A stretch of 64,000 nucleotides of DNA, from contig RDEW01000005.1 in the NCBI GenBank assembly GCA_011109175.1, positions 186,001 through 250,000 of the forward strand, given 5' to 3'. The notes under the pieces were generated by a model. It was not told where the DNA came from, did not search any database, and saw only the letters and a list, made by a program, of their open reading frames with translations. Each line of letters opens with the position of its first letter. Position 1 is the stretch's first letter. The translations under genes were made by a program, and so were the position numbers. This document shows positions 24,409 through 36,729 of the stretch, one piece after another. Source of the stretch: Dicyema japonicum (lineage: Eukaryota > Animalia > Dicyemida).

Positions 24409-25946
24409 TAAGCTCTAAATTACATCAAATAATATAATGATGCAACCGGTTCACAAATTATACTATTTTTTATCAAATTAATTAAATCTTTATATTTACT
24501 AACAAATACAAAATATTTACAACAAAGTAATGTTTTCTTTATTTATTTATTTATTAACACCAAGCTTAGGTGTAACACAATCTTTGGTGTAAGGCTAAAA
24601 TTAAAAAAATGGCATTATATGACATCTCAATTTCGAAAAATGGCATTTATGGCATCTAAAAATGAATTACCTTTTTCCATCCAACATTGTCGGGAGCGCG
24701 ATAGACACACTGTATGCCATGGAAAAAACAATGAGGGCAAAGGTGAAAAAAATAAGAAGCGCTACGCGATCAATTCACGTTCTACCTCATTGTTGTTGAG
24801 ACAACTGGAGGAATAAATGGAAGTAACTAAAGAAACTTGGAAGCCTAGCTACACTAAAAAGCCACGACGCACGTAATACTGGTGGCTTCTCCGATTGACC
24901 TCTGTTGCGATCCCGAGAGGCAACTGAAATCGATTATGTTTTCGGGGACCACTTTTGATTGATTTATTTTTGTGTTTTATTGATTACAAATTATAAAACT
25001 ATTATGTAATTTTTAAAATTATATTTATGAAAATTTTTCTCTTTCTCGAGATTTTTGAGCGTTTCGTGTAATTTTGTAAATCAATAGTGCAAGTTATAGT
25101 ATAATTAGATAAACCTTGATAGAGAAAATTATTTTATTTTTAACTGCAAAAACACTTGAACGACTACTAGTTCCTTTCATTCGGAATTGAAAACCCAACT
25201 ATATAAGCCAACTCCATTTTTTAGGCAATACGATACGGATCAACGTGGTCAGTGATCTACTTCCATGGTAAACAAACATATTCTTCAATATGTTGGCACC
25301 AGTACGAAAAAGTTTATCAGGCTGATCGCGCAGTTTGCAGGACTGCAGAAGATAGATCCTAGAATAACACGAAGCTTTTATGTGCTTCCGATAATTAAAA
25401 AGAATTAGACTCAGAAATTCAAAAGCCACAATTAACAATAAAATTTCAAAAATATATTTTTTACCTCTTCTAACTCGGAAATCACTCCCACGTGCTCCCA
25501 AGAATGATTTGACGGCAGAAAAACAAGTTAAGTTTCATTTTATTTAATGATTTGATCATTTTTAAGTCGGAGAAATAGAATTATGCAGTTGGGATACACT
25601 AAGCATTAATAATTTTAGATGATAAAGACATTTTTCGCAATAAAAGTACATCACTGCTCAATCTTTGCAGTACTGAATCTGCCACTGCAAAGCTCCGCCA
25701 AGTATGGCCAACCATTCCAGGCATTCGAGATAGCCTGCTACGTACCTGAAGGACTACCTGCCTCGCCCATCTGCCACAACGCTCTCGGATATGGCAAGAA
25801 TTACATTCATACCATCAGGTAACGCAAGTGACCCTTCTTCTTTTTTCCTTTCAACGTTTTTGCCAACTCGAGAGAGTTTTAACGGCACCGAATTTGAAAG
25901 CACGTTGCATGTTTTTTTGTTTGTTAAATAAAGTGGGCTTGTTGTA

Positions 25947-26410
25947 ATGAGTAATCTTTTTGACGAGGATGAGTATTCATTGACTTAAAATTATTAGTTT
26001 TGATGACGAGGATAACGATTTGATCGAAGATGACATGGAAATTGAAAAGACCATTGACATCGATGCTACCCAGGACGTCGAACTACTAGAAGATAACAAA
26101 GACAGGGCAGTCCCTAGTATGCAGAGAACCACTACGCCATTCATGACAAAATAAGAGCTTGCTCGTATTTTTGGGACACGTGCACAACAAATAGCGTACT
26201 TAATCATCATTGTAACTTAGAATGTGTGCCCCAATCCTGAGTGAAATTGGATCTGAGCTCGACCCGATTAAGATTGCCATTAAAGAGCTCAAGTAATATT
26301 ACTGCCTTTAATAAAGGGAAAAGAAGATCCCTTTGATTGTAAGAAGATATTTACCAGACGGCAGTTATGAGGATTGGCCATGTGACCAGTTGATTGTCAC
26401 TGACATTTAA
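25947..26410 (+). pseudogene. POLR2F: RNA polymerase I/II/III shared subunit RPB6, copy 1, premature TAA at 26152-26154
   Basis: RTTTPFMTK*ELARIFGTRAQQIAMCAP...[31 protein letters not shown]. Introns 25973-25997 (25 nt), 26196-26220 (25 nt) and 26293-26316 (24 nt). Confidence 0.9.
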
Positions 26411-27069
26411 TGTTTTTTTAATCATAAATTTTGTATGATTATCTTTATGTGTAACTTACATGACTTGGTGGTGTCCTTGGTACTTCTGGTTGTGGAGGTG
26501 GAGTCCCACCGTCTCAATTATTCCTATTTGTTAGTTGTCTTGTAATGACCCCGGATATATCCGAGATTAGTTTATTTAGTTCCCCTAATCTGAGTGGGAT
26601 GTATTTTTTCCCAGAATCAAATCCTTTTCAGGTATCCATCATTATTGGGACTCCTCTACTGGTGTAAGGAAGAAGGGGATTATTGAATGTCGTCCATGCA
26701 CTGGGGTTCTCCTGAGTTAGTGGATCCTATGACTCTTCTAGGAATAGAAGGTAAAGAACATAATATCCTTTGACCAAGTATGTAGCAGTGTGGGAATCGA
26801 AAACAGTTAAATGCGATCGACAGAATAGCCACTACGTGGTCTTTCAAGTTGTTTCTTCTGATAATTTGTCAATTTTCTGTTCTTCAGAAATAGTAGTTAC
26901 CGAAGAGAAAAATTCCATAAGATTGATTAACCAGTCTGAGAATATTGAGGCATTTGGACCAAACATCCTGAATTGTGTCTCTATTTACAATTTTATAAGC
27001 TCCAGCTTTGGTAGATGCGGGTTTTCGCTTCCCAACTGGTCACTATCCAACGCGAAACTAAAAACCAAC

Positions 27070-27510
27070 AGCTAACAACTGCTGCCTGATCTCATAATTT
27101 AGAAAGCATTTCCCCTTACGATTTGCATGGAAATGCGCTCAATGAGTCAACTCCTCTATCGTTTTTCTTTTTCGCGATGAGTGAACCTATCTTGTTTAGC
27201 AGCGTCAGTGACCTGCTTTCAATTATTCCTGTAGTTTCGATTGCCACTGGTTCGAAAATGAATTGTTCTCCAAAAGATGCGTATTTTTATCTTTAGGGCC
27301 TCTGCCTTTTCTGCAGCTTAGCCTGGATCATTTGCTGTCGTTGAGAGGTTGGAGGAGAGAGACTATCGACACAGGTAGTGTCCCTGGCAAGGTCTTTAGC
27401 ACTCTCCCATGGGAAGAAAATGGTTCTGTCCGGGTTGGCTTGAACAAGTCCAAGAGGCTCCAATTGGACAGGAAATCCGCAGTCTCAAGTCCCCACCAAT
27501 AACTCCATTG
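27070..27510 (-). mobile_element. CRE-clade 3' REL fragment joined to bHLH subtype B; duplicate at ~43497-43975
   Basis: AAEKAEALKIKKYASFGEQFIFEPVAIETTG and a RGNAF C-terminal motif. 27460-27510 is homologous to 20810-20860. Confidence 0.75.
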
Positions 27511-27736
27511 ATTCTGGATACCTGAAGTGGTAACCTACGATTATTGACCTGAATAGCTAGTCAGCTTTTGGTGGATAAAAGCCCTAATTCTTTGTGAGCA
27601 TGGATAAGGTGAAGTGGTACATTAGATTTTATAAAGGGAAGCGTCGGATGCACGTATGTTTAAATTCCACCATCAAAAGAATGATTCTTAAAGTAAAAAG
27701 GCCATTCAGAGAAAAAATAGAAAAAGTAAATATAAA

Positions 27737-28087
27737 TTATTTCGATTTATGTCCAGTCTTCTTATCGAAAAACACATACTCATCCTTATCACCATCGATT
27801 GACCTGACAAACAAGTTGTCATTATCACTGGTATGGGAGTCAGAAGATTCCTCAGCATGTGTTGGGTTATTTTCAGAAAATCCAGTGTAGGGATCAAATT
27901 TATCTAATGAGATTTTCGACAGATCATTCATTATGTAAACACAGAGATCTAATACATTTTGTTCGAATTCGGATATTTCTCTATTGGCTAGCATTTTTTC
28001 TATAATAATAATACCACGTGACCAACCTTGATGCATAAGAAACTCAAGTTTTGGTTGATAGTCTGCATAGTTTTGGTTGATAGTCTG
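27737..28087 (-). pseudogene. bHLH-Zip subtype B, 5'-truncated by the duplication junction
   Basis: C-terminal half matches 44205-44538. The sequence switches to the start of the duplicated unit at 28088. Confidence 0.8.
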
Positions 28088-30964
28088 AAAAACGAACGTT
28101 TTTAGTGCAACACCAGTTTGCTAAAAGAATCAACCTAATGAATATCCACCCTCTTTACAGACGATTCATAAGGATGATGCTTAATTGTGGTCTTCTAAGT
28201 TGCCGCCTCATGTAAAACACTCGCCTTCTCACGAAAGTCACACAGATGCAAAAACCATTTTCGAAATCTTAACGGGATGCTTAAAATCTACTCCTGTTGA
28301 TTACTTAAACTAGGAGACAAATATTCTTTCGTTAGCAGACCACTTCAAAATGCGAAGCTTACAATACATCTAACAATCATTTGACTCTAACAAACCCCTC
28401 CACACTATTTAAATCTACTAACCACAGATACATCCGTACACTCCTCACTGAAACTTCGAAGAATCTTGCTTCCATCAAAAAATCGAACCTGAACTAAAAA
28501 ATACACGACCTAGTATTCACCCATGCATATGAGCCTTATAGAAAACGAATACTGGGTCAACGCGCTTCAAATGCTGCTCCAGATGACCATAAGACTTGGC
28601 CGGCCTACCGTGAGGATACAGCCTATCTCTATATAGAAAAGAAGTTCAATATCTTTTTGCTTTTCCTGAACCATCACAATTCGACGAGAAATGGAGGATC
28701 CTGGAGTGAACAGTTTTCCTAGATGTTAGCGAAGCTGGGGTCAATCATTTAGCATAGTGGTTACTGTTTAGTGTGATCACTTATGTCGCGAATGATTGAA
28801 AGATTCCTTACTGCTCTTTGTCTCCTTCGAATCCTAAGAAAACGTAATGTGATCTACCAATCTCATAAAACATTAATTCTTGAACGGAATCCAAAAAAAA
28901 AGATTTCACTCTTTCCTACTTCATTTGAGGCTTCTTGCAACTGCAGATATCGATGGACTTGTTGGTTGGAAAGGAAACATCTCACTTCAACCGTGGGAAT
29001 TGGATATTCCATAACTATGAGTCAGCGTTTCAGTACCGTTCTTTCCCAGGCCAATCAGAGTGGGACTCGGACGCCTACGATGTGGATAGCATACATCTCG
29101 AATGGAAATTTATTTAGCTAATTGGCAAAACTCAGTTCATTAAAAATAGTCAAAATGTTTTAAAGTCATAAATCTAGCAAAGAATTTATTCAACTTTAAA
29201 AAGAAAGTAAACAAGAGCACATATGATCTCCAGAAAATATAATAAAATAACAAATGAGGCGTACAAGAATTGTGGCGTCTCACCATTCTCAGCGGGAACA
29301 GTACTCAAATTCATCGCAACAGCTTGTAATTGATGCTTATATTAATCAAATGATAACAGCTGCTATTATTTAAACGTGTGATTCAGAAATATAAGTAGGA
29401 ATTGAATTTTTATGCCCAAGTTTGGATGGCGGTATCGGTTTTCTCCCAATCGCGTTTAAAACCTCTAAAACAGTTGGAATATCGGAAAAAGCTATTGCGG
29501 TTCCAAGACCTTCGTGAGCTCGATTACCGAGTTAACTCCACTAATTTAATCATTTAAAAACCCAAATACCACGAAGAAAGAATAGTTAAACCCACTAATT
29601 AGGTGATCCTAGCGTCAAATATCCCCCGGACTCCGTTTGAAGCGTTCTGCCAGCGATCCAAATGCACTCGGGAAGTGTCTTCGTTTGCGTCTACAGAGGA
29701 ATTCTAATGGTGTGGCTTTCTTTATTGTCGATCGGAATTCTCTGCGTGAGCCACCCTATCTTTGATTGGGTTTCATAGATCCTTGCAGAAACGTAAAAAC
29801 CCTGCCCATTTTCAGCGTCGCCTCCTCAGAAAAAAGACTGGTGATGGATTAGCTGTCGGCTTGCATGAGCCGTAAGATTTTTCGCTTAAGAGAGTTTATA
29901 TGCTCGATCCAAAAAGAGAGAAGGAAAGTGTCAACAAGAAACTCTAAAAAGAGTTTACGATACGAGCTGTAGGTGGGAGGGGGCTCGAAAGTTACTCCAG
30001 GTATCTTCTGGATTTGCGTTGAATGAATAGAGATGTCACTAAAAATAGCTCGACTCCACCGTTAAATTTCTGTCCGTAGTGAACAGGGTGAACTGAGACT
30101 TTGAAACAGATACGGAAAATCAACCTGGATAACCAACCTGGCTTAGGTATTGAACCACCGTCGAGCCACAAAGGGAGATCTATTCTTTAAGGTGATAATT
30201 ATGCCATGGGTAAGTCGTATGAAAATAAGTTAAACAGGATCGGAGATAGAGGGGAACCTTGCGGGACACAATTTGGGAGTAGCCTTGATTTTGAAATAGT
30301 TTTTTAGATTTGGACTCTTCCATGTCTGCCAGTAAAACACATTTCAGCCATAGCTTAATGTTCGAATGTAAATTCAAAATTAAAGATCTTCTTCGCTAGG
30401 AGTGACATCGAAACAGAGTCGAAAGCCTTCTGTATATCGATCGATACCAATGGAATGCGGATTATTCTTTGGTTTCCTTGACTTTATAATTGGTGTAATC
30501 AAGGAATCATTCCATATATTATGTAGTATATGGGAATTTATCAAGTGTACTCTATAACACATTATGTGCTTACAGAATTAATCACAAGAGGAAATTGGAC
30601 CGTTGGAACAATTCCATCACAAAAATTAACCACCGAACAAAAACTAAAAAATTTTTGGGGCACATTACGTGGAATTCAGTCGAAACAAAATAGAATGGAG
30701 ACAACCCACGGTAATTGTAGCCTTGCGTTATGTGGTCCACCAATTCAAAAAATTCAAAAGGATATGGCAACGCCAGAGGGCTTCTAATATCCTCCGAAAA
30801 GGACCATTAGACCCTTTCCCCAGGGGTCATTATCGACCCCCGGAGATGTGTTTCAAGAAAGTCCAAACATTCCCGACGAAAACCCTCAGCCCACTAGGGA
30901 GAAAAGAAATTTACTGCTCTCCAATTACACATCAACGGAATTACAGGAAAGGTCAGGGAACTCC

Positions 30965-33065
30965 GTTCAATCCTGGCAAATCAGAAGATCGACGTGGCCA
31001 TTATTCAAGAAACTAAACTCCTCATGCATGATTCCACTCCTTCATTCCCTGGATACGAGGCAATTAGGATAAACCGTAAAAAGAGAAGAGGGGTGGACTA
31101 CTTACTCTATTCAAAAAAACCTGAAATGCAAGACATTACTCCGGAAGTGAGGAAACTTGTTGGAAATGACGAGGTTACTGAGGCAATTGGCATTTCGCTT
31201 AGGACAACGAAAGGAAGTATGTGCCTCGTGAATATCTACTTGCCTCCTCCCAGCTCCTGCCCAAAGACTATGTTATTCCAAACCTATCAAGATTGTCTAT
31301 CTACGATAAGATCATCATATGTGGAGATTTAAACGCAAAGCACACATTATGGTTGTCAAAACAGGCCGACACGAGAGGGAAGCTATTGTTATTGAAATCG
31401 GACTCCCTAACGATACTAAACGATCCATACAAGGACCCCACTCAGAGAGACGGATCAGCTTACCTCATCGGATGTAACACTTCTATCGTCGTTTCATCAA
31501 AAATTGATTGGTCAGTCCTCTACGAAACAAAAAGCGACCATAATCCAATTGTGATGAAGGTCATGAGAGAAGTCAGAGTGAGGAGAACACCTGCTAGTTA
31601 TAACTACAAAGCTGCTAATTGGGAATTGTATCGCGCAATCTCTGATGAAGACTGAAGAATTGTTACTTGGTCAGCTTCAAATCGCTAGAAAAAGCGATCA
31701 AATACTTTACTTGCACAATCCTAGAAGCAAGATCATTGGCTATTCCCAAGCATCGTCTAAACTCCTCTAATGGTCGAGAGAAGTCGGCATTGATCAAAGA
31801 AAGAAATCACCTCAAAAAAATCTAATTGGATCACATCAAAAACGATAACATTCCAGTAGTGTTATTGAGAACCTTGGAGAAATTCGAGTCGGTTTTCTAA
31901 CGTCGGTGTATAACTATTCAATTAATTGTAATGTAATACCGTTGTTATGGAAACAAGCCAACATCCGACCTATACTGAAACCTGGAAACCTAAGGAAGAT
32001 CCGGCATCATTTAGACCTGTGTCATTGTTATGTTCCATATCGAAAATCCTGGAAAGACTTGTGCTTGGGAGAATCAAGGATTTCTTAACAGAAAAAGATT
32101 TTCAACACGGATTCAAGAGCGATTGTTCTACATCAACGTACCTACAGAAATTAACCAACTTCATTAGAGATGGTTTTCAAACAAACCAAGGCATTTGAAA
32201 CAGTCTTATGTTCCATTGATATTAACAAGGCCTTTGATTCTATTTCGAGAAAAATATTATCAAAGAAAATTTTCCAGTCCGAGATCCCGGGGAAGCTTAA
32301 ACTTTGGATAACAAATTTCTTAAGTGGACGAAGGGCACGTGTATGCCTCGGAGGACTGAAATCAGTCTCACGTCTTCTCCCAAACGGTGTCCCCCAAGGA
32401 TCTCCTTTATCCTCCTGCCTTATTCAATTTATACCTGGCAGACCTCCCGACACCGGAATCCAATAACGATGTTCTACTCACATATGCGGACGACATTGTT
32501 TTGGCCTCGCGTGATCGGGATATCCAAAATGCTACAGAAAGATTACAAATTAACCTGGACCGACTCAACACCTGGGTAATGAAGAACCGACTCACGATAA
32601 ATTCCAGAAAGTCGGTCACGTCTATGTTTACTTCGGACAAAAGGTTGGGGAAGATGACTGTCAAGTTAAAATTAAACAACGTTGAATTTTCCCTCAGGAA
32701 ATGTCAGAAGATCTTGGGGGTGACATTGGATACGCACTTATGTTTGTCACCACACGTGGCAAACATTGCTCTAAAGTGCGAGAAAAGGATCAATGTATTA
32801 AAATGTTTATCTGTAATATAGAGGACAAATACCCACCCGGTCAATATTAACATTTACAAAATACATCGAACCATGCTTCTCGTACGCGTGTGCTTCGTGG
32901 AGACCTTCATTATCATGGACGAACACTAAGAAAATCGAGGACGTTTAAAAGAAGGATTTCAGAATGACGGAGCGGTAATCTTGTGGGAGACACAGAACCG
33001 GACCGACTACTCTGGAGGCCCTCATTAAACAAAACTCCGGCATGCGGGAAGGTGGCCCTGCAAAA
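30965..33065 (+). mobile_element. Duplicate of the Jockey/I-like LINE at 9625-12250 (internal deletion, frameshifts)
   Basis: Same endonuclease and RT motifs. Lacks ~10530-10885 and the 3' tail. Confidence 0.9.
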
Positions 33066-34344
33066 TACCAAGAGCAAAATTTACCTTTTGATGGCATCTT
33101 GGCATAAAGCACTTACTGAGAAAGGTGGATCGAATGACACCATTCTAATTGAAGTAAGGAGAAAGAAACAGAGCATTGCAAAAGAACTTTCGGCAGAGTA
33201 GGGGTGATTGAATCCAGGACCATTGTTGGAGGTATGACATCCTACCCACTTAATAGTTTTGGAGATAAAGTAAATAAGTTAATCCAGGGTGTTTGAATGG
33301 CCAGTGTTTCCTCTGAGATGCGCTCTATAAGCCAATCAGTTTCACGTAGATCCTTGGTAACCCTTTCAATCATTGACATAAACCGATGGACTAGGTCGTC
33401 TTGTTGTAGGCCAAAGATTTCTGATGTTTGGAGTGATTAATGGTTTTGTTAATTTACTCTCCAAGTATAGTAACTATGCCAGACTTCCAGAATAGATCCA
33501 GAGTTTATTTATTTTAAAGGGAACATTAAGAAAGGAGTTAAATTATATAAGTGATAGACTTTTACAGAATCGAGAGGTTTTAGCCGTGCTCCATCTAATT
33601 AAGTGATACCGGTAGACTTCAACAGCCTTTCTGAATCCACGACGCTCTTCTTTCATTAGAATTTGGATAGGAGTGGGTTTTTTCCTCAATTTACGTGTTT
33701 TGGGGGCTTCTCATTGATTGAAGCGGTTGGATTCCGAGCCGCAGAAAGTGATAAAGTCGGAACTATTATTCCTGATTGCCGCGCTGTCGCGTAATGAGGG
33801 AATAGTTTGAGAGAAATATTAGTTAACGGATCATTTTTCTCTTAAAAAATTAATCGTGTAGAAGTCCGAAATTTAAATTTCTCAAGGCGGAGGAGGCACA
33901 GGCATACTCCACCGTCGACTTTAAGAGCTGATTATATACGACAGCAGTACATTCTTGTGCTGAGTTCTGGATTTTAGAAATGATTCAATGATGTTGAGTC
34001 TCCGGAAACCCTTTGCCAGAACGTTCTTCATATGTTGGGAAAAAGAGAACAAAAGTCCAAGGTATCCCAATTTTCTTATATGTCTCTGCATTGAAATAAC
34101 AACAATCTGGAACTTCCGCAACTTGTTGAAGCCAAAAACAGAATAAATCTCTCAATCAAATCATTAATTGATTAATTCATTTCATTGACATTTTAACTGT
34201 TAATTATGGACTTGCTTTCACGTTACAAACCTGAGGATCGGAGAACCTGATTGTGGCTATTACACTGAAATTAAGCCTTATCAATAAAATACCGCATTTT
34301 GCGATTATTATAGATTAAAAATAGTTTTTCCGTGAAATTGAGAA

Positions 34345-35374
34345 ATGAAGTTTAGTTTTTTCGTCTTAACTTTAATTTCTACCACCTTAATACGTTCGAC
34401 GAAATTACACGACGAGAAAATTGAGGAAGCATTTTTACTATCCAACAATCAAATATATCCTCACACCATATTTGAAAAATGTCAGTTTTCTGAAAACTGT
34501 AATTTTAACTAAAATTATGAGATATCGAACTTTTTAAAAATCAAAGCAAGTCAGAGCTTATAGTAACTTGCACCAACTCTTCAAAAATTAAACTTTACTA
34601 CGAAGGTACGATTAATCATAATATTTAGAAGCGCCAACAGCAATTTATAAGTTGGATGAAAATTTAAATTTTCTATCGATTCTTTTTCAAAGAAAGAAAA
34701 ATTATAAACATTTTAAGGAGAAATTAGTATTGGTAATAATTATTTATTTTAATTAATTGAAAATCTAAATTTATTATAGATTGACGAACCATACAGAATA
34801 GACTTTGATCCTGAAAGAGAATATTTTTTGATAAAGAAACTTAAAAATTTCTCTTTTATTTATTGTATCAATATTTTAAATGAAGTTGCTACATTTGGTA
34901 CTTTTTATTAAAATATTTGATTTTCCGATTATTTTTCATGGTTTGAACATTAATCCTGGAGGAGACAAAATTGATTTTTACATTAAAACGAATGCTTATA
35001 ATTTTTCATCTGCAACTTTTTGTATTGAAAATTCTTGCGAAAAATTCACGAAAGGTAATTTACTTTATTAAATTTTAGAAAAGGTTGGATTCTCTTCGAG
35101 ACGTTCTCAAATTGTTTTGAGGAATGCAACTTTCTCGTTGTGTCAAGGGAATACAGAAATTTATGATTTTGAGTACAAAATAATATATATTAAACCCGAT
35201 GCATTCAAAACAATTGCGGTCTCAATTTTATTATCCTTATCAATATTATTTTTAATCTTATTTTTTATACATCGGAAAAGAATCAAAAAATGGATTTATT
35301 CTGGTAAAAGTCAACCTTTTTTAAAATATCATGAAGCTCCAGAACTTCATAACCTTAACACTTTATTAATGTGA
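34345..35374 (+). CDS. Orphan type I membrane protein gene, copy 2
   Basis: Signal-peptide-like MKFSFFVLTLISTTLIRS; GT-AG introns at 34606-34628 (23 nt) and 35055-35078 (24 nt) join open exons; transmembrane segment AVSILLSLSILFLILFFI followed by basic HRKRIKK. At least one frame break remains. Confidence 0.55.
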
Positions 35375-36729
35375 TTGCACATTTTACTAATCAACGCTGT
35401 ACTCTAAAATTTATGATTTTATTCGTTAAAAAATTTAATTATAACTGAACCATTCTTAAAAATTACCCACTTGGTTGAGGTGGTAACGTACCTCTATTGT
35501 ACGGAATGTCTGATTTGCTTATTGGTGGATGAAAGCCCATGTCTTCTCGTGGCCACGACGAAGTGAAGAACTTAGGAGATGTCGAAAACTCAAACTCCTG
35601 AACAAAGGAATGATTTGGCAGGTGGACAAAGTATCCGGCTACAGATCCATCACAGCCCAAAAATTGGAAGAACTTGGAGGACCATCCATCAGAAGCTGCA
35701 CGTGTATGATTACTTAATTTATCTAGAGAAAGAAGATAAGATCCATGTTTGAATCTATTCCGGCCCAAAAATCGGAGAACTTGTACTTTGAAAAAATAAA
35801 TTTTTACATTATTTATTGCTCCGAGATTACTGGGTTAATAAAGAAAAAATATCACAAAACGACAAGAAAGAGAAAGATACAACTTGCATTTGAAATGGAT
35901 TCTGTAGAAGGTTATTATTAGAGAATTTTTTGCCATAAAATGCCATCTTTCAGGTAAGTTAATTTTTTAATGAAAATCAATTTATTACAGAAAAACGAGA
36001 AAACTATAATATAGCAGCCGTCCTGACTGCGTGGCTATTCCCCCTCAGGATAGCGAGCGAGATTCGCTCAAATAACCAACATCGCTCATGGGGCGCTCAT
36101 GGGGGGCTCATGATGGTGTAGAAATCGATGAGTTAAAATATAAAAATTTATTAAAAATGTTTTACCTTTACGAAGTTGTAGACCCTATTTTTGATTTTAA
36201 ATGCCATAATGCAATTAAACTTTGCCGTACTGGGGCCAAATATATTGAATATTTGTTTATCTTGGAAGCAGATCACTGACCCTACTGAACTGTATCTTTG
36301 AAAGAGGCCATTTTGAACTTCCTCCTGGGTACCTATCTCTAATTTCGTCGACGTGATCATGTCTGATTTCGTTTTATGCTTCCTGAAATGTTGAGTTTCT
36401 TATGTTTAGTTTGATGACGTAAGCTTTTCGTCTCTTGGCTCTGAATAGCCGTTCGATATATTTTGCTCCGCGATCAAGTTGAGTTACATCGTCCTTAACA
36501 TTGTTCGAAGCATTTTTCGGCGATTTTCCTTTTGATTTGATAAGCTTTGATTGAAAAGGTCGTAGTATGTATTTTATATAAACGCTTCGCATAATGTTTA
36601 AGTAACTCTCTGGAGATATGTCATACGTTCCCTTATGGAGTTAATAGCATTAATCTTCTCGGTCAATCATACAGGATACGAGATATGAACCTTTAGGTAA
36701 CTCCTCGGGAGATATGTGATATATTCGCT

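Larger units (their letters stand above)
4645..28087 (+). repeat. Copy 1 of a large tandem segmental duplication (~23.4 kb)
   Basis: Collinear near-identity with 28088-44538, e.g. 4645 aaaacgaacgttttt = 28088; 12680-16850 = 33070-37285; 22004-28068 = 38430-44538. Confidence 0.9.

Noticed and set aside
24831-24960. HDV-like ribozyme at the 5' end of the bHLH-CRE unit
   Set aside because: An 8-bp P1-like pairing (gtggtccc/gggatcgc) exists only in this copy, not at 7411 or 41220. No P3/L3/P1.1 is found, and the repeat is absent upstream of subtype B.
25199-25850. Gene divergent from RPB6, or a P-element-like transposase piece (FRYVAGYL)
   Set aside because: No consistent frame or recognisable domain could be assembled in either copy; left unannotated.
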